Shown here: piece by piece, positions 1-9,425 of the stretch | How positions within the stretch are numbered: the stretch's first letter is position 1 | Layout: every line of letters starts with the position of its first letter | Virus record (IMG/VR): IMGVR_UViG_3300034418_010223 | Span: 1-28,251 of that record | Strand: one strand, 5' to 3' | Length of the DNA: 28,251 nt | Origin: a virus | Lineage: Duplodnaviria; Caudoviricetes | The notes under the pieces: model-generated | The model's input: only the letters and a program-made list of their open reading frames with translations | Databases searched by the model: none | Told to the model about the DNA's origin: nothing | Program-made: the position numbers and the translations under genes

Positions 1-28
1 CTTAGACTGACCTAAAGACCAGCTAGCT

Positions 29-427
29 ATGGCCGTCAAAACTGCTGCTACCGCTGAACTGCAGTTTGGCGGCGCCGTGATCGGGAAGGTTCGAGACGTA
101 TCGCTGAACATCAGCCGCGACCCACTGGAAACCACCGGCATCGGGCAAACCGATCGCACCTATACCTATGGCATCCGCAGCACAAGCGGAAGCGGGACGC
201 TGCTGTATGACTCCAGTGATACAGCAACCAGGAATGTGATGAACACGCTGCTGAGCGATTCTGAATCGCTTTCGCACGTCAAGCTGGTGCTCGACACCGC
301 AACAACGCTCGGTACCATCGAGGGCGATGTTGTAGTGACTCAGGCCGGTGTCAGCGTCAGTGTTGGCGATCTGGTCAGCGTGCCCATCAGCTTCAACGTC
401 AGCGGAAAACCCAGCGGTGGCTTCTGA
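29..427 (+). CDS. tail-tube-like structural protein
   Basis: 132 aa; pattern IGKVRDVSLNISRDPLETTGIG..RTYTYGIRS.SGSGT and C-terminal ISFNVSG typical of siphophage tube-fold proteins; start of tail operon. Confidence 0.6.
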   Translation: MAVKTAATAELQFGGAVIGKVRDVSLNISRDPLETTGIGQTDRTYTYGIRSTSGSGTLLYDSSDTATRNVMNTLLSDSESLSHVKLVLDTATTLGTIEGDVVVTQAGVSVSVGDLVSVPISFNVSGKPSGGF

Positions 428-1563
428 TGGCAGTTCTTGGCGTTGGTGGTGTCCTTGGTATCAGCCGGGCAATCCCGGAGCCGATTGCGCTGTCATCTGC
501 TCGCATCAACACCGGCGGCGCCACGACAACGATCTCACTGACCAACCCTGGCTACTGGACTGGCGACAGGATCATCATCGCGTCGTCGCTTGGTGTGCCG
601 TTTGATGTCAACGGCGATGGCTATGCCGACTGCCCAGATGGGCATGGCATCTATCGCGGCGGCATTTGGGATACCGGCATCAGCCGGGCTTTTTACGTTG
701 GTGGCGATACAGACGCCAGCCCCTTTTACCGTCAATACACAGAGACCCTCAATCTGGTCACACAAGCCGGCGATCAGCTTGTAACCCAGAGCGGCGATGC
801 ACTGATCGGCTTGTCAGGTGCGGAGGGGCTTGAAGATTTCTACAACAATGCCGCCAATACCGGCCTTGCGACGCAGGCCGATGGCTACATGAGTCGCGAT
901 GAGCTGGATCGCATTCAGCTTTGGACTACAGAGGCGGCGGCACATTCTGCCTCTGGCACAGAGAAAGCTATCAGCAAGGTTAAGTGCGGCAACTTCATCG
1001 TCACCTACTACGACGATGCTGCGGAGTACACCGCAGCGATCGACACTGCGGCAACATCACTCAATGAGCTCACGCTGTTGCAATCTGAACAGTTGCTGGC
1101 GAGCGTGATCACGCTGCCTGCCGGATTCGCGGCATTGTGTGATGACGCCAACCGCAACTGGAAGATGCAGTGCGACCTTCAGGAATGGGTAATGTCGATC
1201 GACGCCACCAGCCTTGACACCACTGCGATCGGCGAAACCTTTGGTGAGCACGTAAAATCTTTGGTGCGTGGAGCTGGCACGCTTCAATTCCAAGCGGATC
1301 ACCGTGCTCAGGAGGGTGAAGAAGACGGCCTAGCACTGTTGCGCCTTGTCTTGCTCACTCAAAACCACTGCAACACCAAAGCGCGTTTCCATCTTTACAA
1401 AAACCGCAATGCACCTAACCCCCAGATTGATGGTTCGGTTTACTACGAGTGCGACATTCTTCTCACAAATTCAAGGCTGAATACAAGAGCAGTCGATATT
1501 ATTGCTGGCACTGCTGATTTCGTGGCAACATCTGAAATCAAGATCAAGGTTACCCCCGGCTAG
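427..1563 (+). CDS. minor tail protein with C-terminal tube-like domain
   Basis: 378 aa; start overlaps the upstream stop (TGATG); C-terminal EWVMSIDATSLDTTAIGETF..VKSLVRGAGT resembles the upstream ORF. Confidence 0.55.
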   Translation: MAVLGVGGVLGISRAIPEPIALSSARINTGGATTTISLTNPGYWTGDRIIIASSLGVPFDVNGDGYADCPDGHGIYRGGIWDTGISRAFYVGGDTDASPFYRQYTETLNLVTQAGDQLVTQSGDALIGLSGAEGLEDFYNNAANTGLATQADGYMSRDELDRIQLWTTEAAAHSASGTEKAISKVKCGNFIVTYYDDAAEYTAAIDTAATSLNELTLLQSEQLLASVITLPAGFAALCDDANRNWKMQCDLQEWVMSIDATSLDTTAIGETFGEHVKSLVRGAGTLQFQADHRAQEGEEDGLALLRLVLLTQNHCNTKARFHLYKNRNAPNPQIDGSVYYECDILLTNSRLNTRAVDIIAGTADFVATSEIKIKVTPG

Positions 1564-1593
1564 ACTCAGAGCACGTAGGACCAATGGAAGCCC

Positions 1594-4500
1594 GTGGCCA
1601 GCCTTGGATTTGCCGGTGACGGCGGCTCGCTGAGCGACATCAACGCAACCCAAGGCGAGTTCCGCGAGCAGATTGCGGCGCTGAATGACCTGGTGCGTCA
1701 GATCGCCGGCAATGCCGCTGTGTCTGCTGGTGATTCTGCGCAGGCTGATCCGCTCAACGCGCCATTCACCCTTTACGTCAATCCCTACACCGGCAGCGAT
1801 GAGTTCGTCGGCGGTGCTTACAACACGTTTGAAGCTGGCGCCACGCAGCAGGAGATCATCGACTCCAAGCTGAAGCGCCTTGAAAAGCAGCGCCTCACCT
1901 GTGGTTTCACGCCGCAGCGTCCTTTCCGCACGATTAACCGTGCCGTCATCGAGGCGGCGATCATCACCAGTAAGGACTGGTACACGATCACCGACCCCGC
2001 AGCGCATGTTGACTGCGTGAGTATCGTGCTGGCTCCCGGCGTCCACACGCTTTACAACGACCCCGGCAGCGGTAGCACCAGCCTCACAAGCTGGGGGACA
2101 TCCAAGACCCCGACCACTGCCGAGCTGATTCAGTTCAACCCGGCCACGGTCGGCGGTGTGCTGCTGCCACGCGGTTGCTCCCTGTGCGGCGCTGATCTGC
2201 GCAAGGTCACCATCCGCCCCAACTGGGTGCCGGATACCGCAGACGAAGAGGCTGATTACAGCAATCGCCGCGAGATGCTGAAGATCACCGGCACCGGCTA
2301 CTTCTTCGGCTTCACCATCATGGACAAGGTGGGCGAAGAACGCAGCCACCACCTGCTGTCCGCTTTTGGCTTCGCCAGCAAAGCTGAGCTCGATGCCTTC
2401 TATGCCAAGACCTTTAGCGCTGTCGGCGATGGCGCTGACCTGGCTTCTGCGCTGACCGTTACGCGCGGCACTGAGTATCAGATCGTCGGCCCGATCGACC
2501 AGACCCAATCGCCTGTGCCGGCTTGGGACACCACCAGCAGCGCATCGCCTTACATCTTCAACTGCTCGGTCCGCTCCAATTACGGCTTGGGTGGCGCGTG
2601 GATGGATGGCGCCAAGGTAAGCGGCCTGCGCAGCATGGTCACCGCCAACTTCACTGGCGTGAGCCTGCAGAAGGACATGAGCTGCTGGCAGCGCTACAGC
2701 GCAGGCGGCTGGACCACCACCACTTACGACCAATACATCGCTGCTGATCCTGACGACATCAGGATGAAGCCCGAGCGGCTCAGCCGTCACATCGTCGCGA
2801 TCAACGACTCCTTCATCCAAGAGGTGAGCATTTTTGCGATCGGCCAAGGCATTCACCACTTCACCGATCTCGGCGGTGAAATCACCATCACTAACAGCAA
2901 CAGCAGCTTCGGCGGTTGCGCTGCGATCAGCAAGGGCTACAAGACCGTCTCCTTCCCCAGCGATCGCAACTGGACGATCCGCAACATTAAGGTGCCGCTC
3001 AATGTGAGCGAAAAGACTGGCAACATCAGCCAGATCTACCTAGGCACCGTTGAAAGCGCGACCGCTAGCGCAATCACCCTGACCACTGATCTGGCCGCCG
3101 ATCCGTCGTCTTCCACCATCCCAGCAATTCTGCTGCGTGATGGCTACTCACTTGCTGATGGCACCAAGATTTGGATCGAGAATCCGAGTGGCGATCCCTG
3201 GTATTCAAACCTCAGCAGTGCCGCGTGGGATGACGACGCACCCGACACGATCAATATCACCGGGGCCTTCACCGGCAACGACCCCACCACCGATCCTGAT
3301 GGCGTAAGCCTGCTGCCTGGCAAACGCGTTTACGTGCGCCGCTTGGTGGACACCCGCACGCCAGAAGAGCGGCGCGTGTCGATCCTGATGAACAACACGG
3401 CAACCGTCCGGCTGCCGCAGCGCAACTTCATCCTGCAGACCGATCCTGCTCGCACCAATGGCGCCATCAGCCGCGAACTGGTGGCTGGTGGCAGCGAAGT
3501 ATTCGCCGTCAGCAATGTTGGCTCTGTGCCCACATCCGGCGGTGGCATCGCCACTTCATCTGAGATCACCCTGCGGCGTTCGGCGCCGACCGTTACCTAC
3601 GCCAACGACACGTTCTACCCCGCTGGCACGATCGTTCGTCACGCAAACAAGCATTACCAAGCGCTGTCCGATGTGACCACAACCACGGCAGCACCTGATG
3701 CAGCAGTGTTTGGTGAAACCTTCGTGCACATGCCTTCGGACTACAACGCCGAAGACCCGATCACGCAAGAATCTCGCATCCTGTCGTTCGACACCGACAC
3801 CGACACCGATCCATACAGCCAGACGCTGGGCATCAACTTCAGCACCATCTGGACTAGCGCCGGCTCGACCCAAGAGCGCTATCGCAGCAGCACCGACTAC
3901 AAGGGCGTTCATGCGCTGCTCGTGGCTTTGGGCTTTACTTCAGATCAGGCGCATACGGCATTGGTGCCCAAGGCGACTGACAGCCGTCTGCTAGATCCGG
4001 CCAGCAGCGTTGATTTCCCTGACGCTCCAACCGGCGGTGCCGCTACTGGCCGTGGCTACTGGGCCGTTGAATTCCGTCGCCCCAGTGTGTTGCGCCTCTA
4101 TGGCCATGCCTGGGAATGGGCCGGCTATCTGAACTACAGCAAAGCCGTTCCTGCAGCCCAGAAGGATCTCGGCGCGCAGAATAAATTCACTTACTACTTC
4201 ACGAGCGCAGCTGGCGGTCGCGTTGTGCCACAGGGCTCCAACGAAGACGGCTTCAACGTGTCGCCACGTGGCCTGGAGGATGTTGAGACCGGCGCCACGC
4301 TGACGGTGGAGTCCCTGGGCACCAGCTCTGTTGACGACTACCAGCAGACGCAGTTCGCTGCGCTGAGCGTGGACGAGCTGAGCGTCAAGAACATCAACAT
4401 CTCTGGCACCATCACAGGCTTGCCTGATGTGAATCGTGCTGCAACCGATACTCTCGGCCCCACCTACCTGGCCTCGATTGATCGACTAAACAGCCTGGCA

Positions 4501-6330
4501 GCGGCATCCTCTGATAATCAGATCAACGCCAACCCTTACGCAGTCACCACTGAGGGCCTGAACTACTGGAAGAACAAAAACCGTCTGGTGTCTGCACCTG
4601 TTGGCGTGCAGTACATCTACGTCGATCCTGCATCAAGCAATAACCCAAGCTACGAGCAGATGCTGGCTGGTACGCCACCTAACGTACCTTCACTGCGTGT
4701 GCGCAATTTGCAGACGGCTGTTGCTTACGCGAACACCATTTACGGACCCACCGCGACCGTTGAGTACCGCATCGCACCTGGAATTTACGAGCTAAAAGGT
4801 GGCGTTGAGTTCAAGACCAACGCAGCCGTGCGAGCGTGGGATATGACCGCTAACACTGCGTTGAATGACGAGCGCGAAGGCGGCACCATTCCTTTCTTGG
4901 GTGGGTCTGCCGAAACATTCAGTAACTACATTGATCCAACAAAGCAGCCTATCTTTTTGACTTGGATGCGTTGTGAGTTCGGCGATACACCGGCTCTCAG
5001 GCTGGTGGTGCCGAGGTCCGACCCGTTTTATTTGCGATTCAGGGAATCGGGGTCTGTGATTGGTGTTGCTTGGTGGGGCGCTACCGAGACTATTACTGGA
5101 GGCTTTGCCTCAACACTTGCCAATGCGCAAGCCCGTGTATCCGATAGCTTTTTCACCGAAAACCGCATTCCGTTGGCGTCGATTCCGTCTGCCTTTAGGC
5201 AGAGTGCTGTAAATAACCCAGACGATGCTTTCGACTATTTCCAGCGTGCGTGCGCTATCCGAACCATCTCAGCCGATGACGATGGCCACTTCCGTTTGTA
5301 TGGGCATCGCCACAGCGCTGCTGTTGTTTTTGAAAAAAGTGGCAAGATGCACAACTGTGCCTTTGGCGCTATTTGCCCAGCTGACCTTAGCCTCCCAGGG
5401 GGTGAAGTTCAGCTTTATAGCATGATTGAAGTAGGCGCAGATAATGTTGAACTTAATGGCCTACGTTTCTTCGGTAATGTGCGAATGTCGAGCAAGCTTA
5501 ACACGGGTACGGTTGACCTTAGTAGTGAAGGTCTTGGTGTGCGCGATTACTCAGAGATAAGGACACGCGGCCGTTTTTCACCTGATTTTACGGCCCAAAA
5601 TTACTTGATGACTGGCCACGCAACTACGTGCATCGCCCCTGCTTCAGCCACTAACATCAATGGCTCGATGCAAGTGGGGCTGGGCACTCTTGCCAATTTT
5701 AATGCAAGCGGTTTCACAGAAAACAACAATCCATGGACTAATTTCTCGTTGATTTCTTCAAACTATAGTGGTGGCACGGTTTCGTATGCGATTGCAACCT
5801 CTACCGCATCGGCAAGTGATACGGCATGGAAAACAGCCGGGCCAGCGTTTAATTCCTTCTTTAACGCTGCCTCAAAAATTACCGCAGGCCTTTTTAGAAA
5901 CTGGGTTCAGTTTGCCCTCGATAGCGATTTAACTGGAGAGCCAAACAGAACCGCCGACAGCGCGGGATTTGATGGCAAATTTGGCAACTATGCCAGCAGT
6001 TATACTTCTAACACGACAAGCGCGAACTACTACTCCATGGGGAGTCGCTTTGGTAATACTCTGATTGCGGATCTTGATCGCATTAGCGTTTTTGGTGACA
6101 CCGATTTTACCTGGTTTTCTGTAGCAGGTGGAGACCGCTATGTGGCTGGTGAAGGCGTCCCAGCCCTTGATACATACATCAGTGGCCTCAGCGCTGGTGA
6201 CATTGGACAGAATGCCGACCCAGCAAGCTCTACTGGCCTGTTCTCCGCGCTTAACATTAAATTACGCGGCTACAAACAAGGCATTGATACCACTAATGCC
6301 AACATCATCCGCCTTAACATGGTGCTCTGA
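1594..6330 (+). CDS. large tail fibre/spike protein (beta-helix-like regions)
   Basis: 1578 aa, GTG start; two LYV(N/D)P...PF(R)TI-type motifs typical of pectin-lyase-like spikes; Ser/Thr/Gly rich; within tail module. Confidence 0.7.
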   Translation: MASLGFAGDGGSLSDINATQGEFREQIAALNDLVRQIAGNAAVSAGDSAQADPLNAPFTLYVNPYTGSDEFVGGAYNTFEAGATQQEIIDSKLKRLEKQRLTCGFTPQRPFRTINRAVIEAAIITSKDWYTITDPAAHVDCVSIVLAPGVHTLYNDPGSGSTSLTSWGTSKTPTTAELIQFNPATVGGVLLPRGCSLCGADLRKVTIRPNWVPDTADEEADYSNRREMLKITGTGYFFGFTIMDKVGEERSHHLLSAFGFASKAELDAFYAKTFSAVGDGADLASALTVTRGTEYQIVGPIDQTQSPVPAWDTTSSASPYIFNCSVRSNYGLGGAWMDGAKVSGLRSMVTANFTGVSLQKDMSCWQRYSAGGWTTTTYDQYIAADPDDIRMKPERLSRHIVAINDSFIQEVSIFAIGQGIHHFTDLGGEITITNSNSSFGGCAAISKGYKTVSFPSDRNWTIRNIKVPLNVSEKTGNISQIYLGTVESATASAITLTTDLAADPSSSTIPAILLRDGYSLADGTKIWIENPSGDPWYSNLSSAAWDDDAPDTINITGAFTGNDPTTDPDGVSLLPGKRVYVRRLVDTRTPEERRVSILMNNTATVRLPQRNFILQTDPARTNGAISRELVAGGSEVFAVSNVGSVPTSGGGIATSSEITLRRSAPTVTYANDTFYPAGTIVRHANKHYQALSDVTTTTAAPDAAVFGETFVHMPSDYNAEDPITQESRILSFDTDTDTDPYSQTLGINFSTIWTSAGSTQERYRSSTDYKGVHALLVALGFTSDQAHTALVPKATDSRLLDPASSVDFPDAPTGGAATGRGYWAVEFRRPSVLRLYGHAWEWAGYLNYSKAVPAAQKDLGAQNKFTYYFTSAAGGRVVPQGSNEDGFNVSPRGLEDVETGATLTVESLGTSSVDDYQQTQFAALSVDELSVKNINISGTITGLPDVNRAATDTLGPTYLASIDRLNSLAAASSDNQINANPYAVTTEGLNYWKNKNRLVSAPVGVQYIYVDPASSNNPSYEQMLAGTPPNVPSLRVRNLQTAVAYANTIYGPTATVEYRIAPGIYELKGGVEFKTNAAVRAWDMTANTALNDEREGGTIPFLGGSAETFSNYIDPTKQPIFLTWMRCEFGDTPALRLVVPRSDPFYLRFRESGSVIGVAWWGATETITGGFASTLANAQARVSDSFFTENRIPLASIPSAFRQSAVNNPDDAFDYFQRACAIRTISADDDGHFRLYGHRHSAAVVFEKSGKMHNCAFGAICPADLSLPGGEVQLYSMIEVGADNVELNGLRFFGNVRMSSKLNTGTVDLSSEGLGVRDYSEIRTRGRFSPDFTAQNYLMTGHATTCIAPASATNINGSMQVGLGTLANFNASGFTENNNPWTNFSLISSNYSGGTVSYAIATSTASASDTAWKTAGPAFNSFFNAASKITAGLFRNWVQFALDSDLTGEPNRTADSAGFDGKFGNYASSYTSNTTSANYYSMGSRFGNTLIADLDRISVFGDTDFTWFSVAGGDRYVAGEGVPALDTYISGLSAGDIGQNADPASSTGLFSALNIKLRGYKQGIDTTNANIIRLNMVL

Positions 6331-6332
6331 TC

Positions 6333-6689
6333 ATGATTGTCTCCTTCTCGCTTGAACTGCTGAACGCTCCTGCTGTTGTCACGCAGTTCGACGCCATGCC
6401 TGATGTGCTCACGGAAGTGCAGTATCGACTCTGTGGTTTCGACGGTCAGCGTTACGCCTATCGGACAGCCACTGCAGCCTTTGCCGCCCCCGAGCCCGAT
6501 GCCTTCATGCCCTACGACACGCTCACACCCGAGATCGTCACAGGTTGGGCAGAGGCTGCTGCAGCGGATGACATCGCGGTTCTGGAAACCGAGATCGAAG
6601 CCGAACTAGCGCAGCCCGTGCAAGAGCAAAAGCCACTTCCTTGGCTTGTACCCGGCATCGCTAGCATTGGCTTAACGCCTGCCCCCTAA
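6333..6689 (+). CDS. small tail-fibre-associated protein (putative assembly chaperone)
   Basis: 118 aa directly after a fibre gene; F.PY..LT.EIV..W...LPW motif; paralog of 8972-9313. Confidence 0.6.
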   Translation: MIVSFSLELLNAPAVVTQFDAMPDVLTEVQYRLCGFDGQRYAYRTATAAFAAPEPDAFMPYDTLTPEIVTGWAEAAAADDIAVLETEIEAELAQPVQEQKPLPWLVPGIASIGLTPAP

Positions 6690-6694
6690 TCGCT

Positions 6695-8845
6695 GTGGCG
6701 AATACAAAGATCACTGAGCTGACCCAGCTTACTAATCCTGTCAGCACTGATGTGCTGCCGATTGTTGACGTAGGAGCAGACGTTACCAAGAAGATCAGCA
6801 TTGCGGATCTACTGAAGAATGCTGCAGCCGGCGCAGTTGATGCTGCAGGCATTGCTTTTGATGGCGACGGGAACACCGGGCTATACAAGCCGGAATCAGA
6901 TCAACTTGCAGTTACCACTGGCGGATCGCAAGCCCTGCTGATTGATGGCAGCGGAAACATCACTGCCTCCGGCACCAGCACCGCTGGTAGCTTCATCCCC
7001 ACCAGCAGCACGGTGCCCACCAACGGGGTTTATCTACCTGGCGCAAATAGCGTGGCTCTCGCCACTAACTCAGCTGGACGCTTATTCATTGATGCAAGCG
7101 GGAATGTTGGTGTTGGGGCTGTTTCTGCTGTTCGTTTTTCTGTAACTCAGAATCAAAGCGCTTATTCATATTTTGATTTTACAAATACTACCGCAGGCGG
7201 CGGCATTGTCTGGCGCCAGATTGTTCGCAACATTGCTGACACCGGTACTACGTCGATTGATTTTGTTAAATACCTAGCTGGCGGCTTTGGAATCGTAAAT
7301 AACGACACCGATGCAGCAAACTTTACTGCATTTAAGGTTGGCGCCTCCGAGCGTGTCCGCATTACGTCAAGCGGCAGACTGGGTGTTGGAACCTCTAACC
7401 CAACTGCGTCTTTAGCTTTTGACAATTCTATTGACACAAACGGTTTTGATGTTAGCAAGATTCGCTTTTTTGACGATCTTAGCGGGAGTATAGTTGGGTT
7501 TGGAACAAGTTCAGGTCAATTAAATTATCGCGGTGCTGGTGCGCATGTTTGGTACGACGGGACAAATGAGCGGATGCGCATTGCCAGCAACGGCAAAGTG
7601 GGTATCAACAACGCAAGCCCTAGCCAGGCATTAGATGTTGTTGGCTCTTCTAGTGTTTCGGCTTCATCTTTCGCGCAATACTTCGCTATTAACGCAGTTG
7701 GGACAGGTGACGCTGTTGCCAATGGTTTATTCGCTCCTGCAGGCAACACTCTTGGTTTCTCAACAGGGGCAAGCGAACGACTCCGTATTGACTCAGCAGG
7801 TAATCTGTTGGCGGGCACTTCTCTTTCACGTACTGTAGGAGGCTTTACCCCGAGAATTCAACTTGAAGGTATAACAGACAATGGATCAACGCTTTCTATA
7901 GTACGGAACCAAGACAGCTTTGCTTTCCCTCAGCTTGTTTTTGGAAAATCTCGTGCAAACTCAAATGGAGGCGTAACTGCAGTCCAAAGCGGAGACTACT
8001 TAGGCGTTATTCGCTTTTGTGGTGCTGATGGCACCGACATGGACACGAACGGTGCATTTATTACATGTGAAGTAGACGGCACCCCCGGCGCTAACGACAT
8101 GCCGGGCAGGCTTGTCTTTTCGACGACCGCCGACGGAGCGAGCAACCCGACGGAGCGGATGAGGATTAGCAGTGCTGGAATCATTACCCATAATAGCAAT
8201 CAATCAAACGACTGGGCATTTACCACTAAGCATGATGGCGATAATAATGATCGCTTTGGCTTGAGCATCTGGTGCGGGAAAGATGATGCAACCGGCACAA
8301 ATTACGCTGTAGAGATTGCAGACGGCGACGGAACAAACCAAGGATTTATTACCTTTACTGGCGGTACTGTTACTTATGGCGCGTTTACAGCTCATCACCC
8401 TTGCATATTGCCTGATGAAGATAACGAGTCTGGTTATTCATACGGAACTCTGCTCGAAACAGTCTCCATCGAGTACAAGCAAAAAGATGGCGTGGCAACT
8501 GAGCGAGGCATCCAATACGTAGTTCGCAAAACTCAGGCGTTCAATTCAAAGACTATTCTTGGCGCCTATGGTTCATCTATGAACAACGGTCCAACTGGCG
8601 CAACCAACCTGCACCAAGCTCTTGTGCTGGGTGACGGGCATATTCTTTGTAACGGCATCGGTGGAAATATCAAAGCAGGAGACGGTATCTGCTCATCCAA
8701 TGTTGCTGGCATTGGTCAAAAAGCCACTGCCACGCCGTCCATGATTATTGGCATTGCACAAGAGGATGTCACGTTTGACGGAGATGAAACCAAACTTGTG
8801 CCAGTCCAGTACGGGCTGCAGCAGTTCACTCCTTGGGGCGAGTAG
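6695..8845 (+). CDS. tail fibre protein with probable C-terminal chaperone-like domain
   Basis: 716 aa; N-terminal KITEL motif; repeated ER(M/L/V)RI.S.G.(V/L)G(I/V)G fibre repeats; FTAHH...GD(G)I.SS..G.G.K C-terminal region. Confidence 0.85.
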   Translation: MANTKITELTQLTNPVSTDVLPIVDVGADVTKKISIADLLKNAAAGAVDAAGIAFDGDGNTGLYKPESDQLAVTTGGSQALLIDGSGNITASGTSTAGSFIPTSSTVPTNGVYLPGANSVALATNSAGRLFIDASGNVGVGAVSAVRFSVTQNQSAYSYFDFTNTTAGGGIVWRQIVRNIADTGTTSIDFVKYLAGGFGIVNNDTDAANFTAFKVGASERVRITSSGRLGVGTSNPTASLAFDNSIDTNGFDVSKIRFFDDLSGSIVGFGTSSGQLNYRGAGAHVWYDGTNERMRIASNGKVGINNASPSQALDVVGSSSVSASSFAQYFAINAVGTGDAVANGLFAPAGNTLGFSTGASERLRIDSAGNLLAGTSLSRTVGGFTPRIQLEGITDNGSTLSIVRNQDSFAFPQLVFGKSRANSNGGVTAVQSGDYLGVIRFCGADGTDMDTNGAFITCEVDGTPGANDMPGRLVFSTTADGASNPTERMRISSAGIITHNSNQSNDWAFTTKHDGDNNDRFGLSIWCGKDDATGTNYAVEIADGDGTNQGFITFTGGTVTYGAFTAHHPCILPDEDNESGYSYGTLLETVSIEYKQKDGVATERGIQYVVRKTQAFNSKTILGAYGSSMNNGPTGATNLHQALVLGDGHILCNGIGGNIKAGDGICSSNVAGIGQKATATPSMIIGIAQEDVTFDGDETKLVPVQYGLQQFTPWGE

Positions 8846-8971
8846 CCCTACTTTCTAGTCAACTTCTAGTTTGACTCAAGTTTGAAGTTGGCTAGACACC
8901 TTCACTAGGCGGGCAACCGGCCTACTCAACAGGTTGCACCACTCTTAGTCTTAATTCACCGGCACCTGATC

Positions 8972-9313
8972 ATGCCTGACACCAACCCCGCACCTGGAAT
9001 CGACTTCCCCTTCACTGTGTGGAAAGTCGCCAATATGGAGAGAAATCTTGATCACCTAGGAACGGTCTTCACGGTCCATTACACCGTGACGCACTTCCGT
9101 GATGGCGAGCAGGCTGGCGCCTATGGCTCCATCGGTCTCGAAGCACCTGCTGAAGGGACCGGCATCCCTTACCCCGAGTTGACCGAAGACATCGTTATTG
9201 ACTGGGTTAAGGCGCACTTCGGCGACGAAAAAATCGCCGAGATTGAAGCCGCCCTTGACGCCCAAATCGAAGAAAAGCTTGCACCTAGCAAGTCCAGCGG
9301 AGTGCCTTGGTAG
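8972..9313 (+). CDS. small tail-fibre-associated protein (putative assembly chaperone)
   Basis: 113 aa; WKVANMER..TVHY..GAYGSIGL..IPY.ELTE.IVI.WV..GVPW; follows a fibre gene. Confidence 0.65.
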   Translation: MPDTNPAPGIDFPFTVWKVANMERNLDHLGTVFTVHYTVTHFRDGEQAGAYGSIGLEAPAEGTGIPYPELTEDIVIDWVKAHFGDEKIAEIEAALDAQIEEKLAPSKSSGVPW

Positions 9314-9315
9314 GC

Positions 9316-9349
9316 AAACAAAAAGGGCCGGTGTGGCTCGGCCCTTCTT
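9316..9349. terminator. intrinsic terminator, probably bidirectional, at the junction of convergent operons
   Basis: stem AAGGGCCG (9323-9330)/CGGCCCTT (9339-9346); A-run on the left gives a U-tract on - strand. Confidence 0.75.
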
Positions 9350-9408
9350 GCAGTGATCCTGACGGGGATCTGTTCAGTTCACGCAGCTGCGAAACTTGTG
9401 AAAGGAAC
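9316..9408 (-). ncRNA. candidate ~90 nt small RNA
   Basis: TGTGC-TATAAT extended -10 on - strand at 9415-9425, no ORF, two internal hairpins, ends in terminator. Confidence 0.4.
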
Positions 9409-9425
9409 CCCCAAATTATAGCACA

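Noticed and set aside
1471-2859. 462 aa - strand ORF
   Set aside because: Antisense shadow of the GC3-biased spike gene; no recognisable motifs
1594-9313. Diversity-generating retroelement or invertase acting on fibres
   Set aside because: No reverse transcriptase, recombinase or TR/VR repeat pair visible in this window
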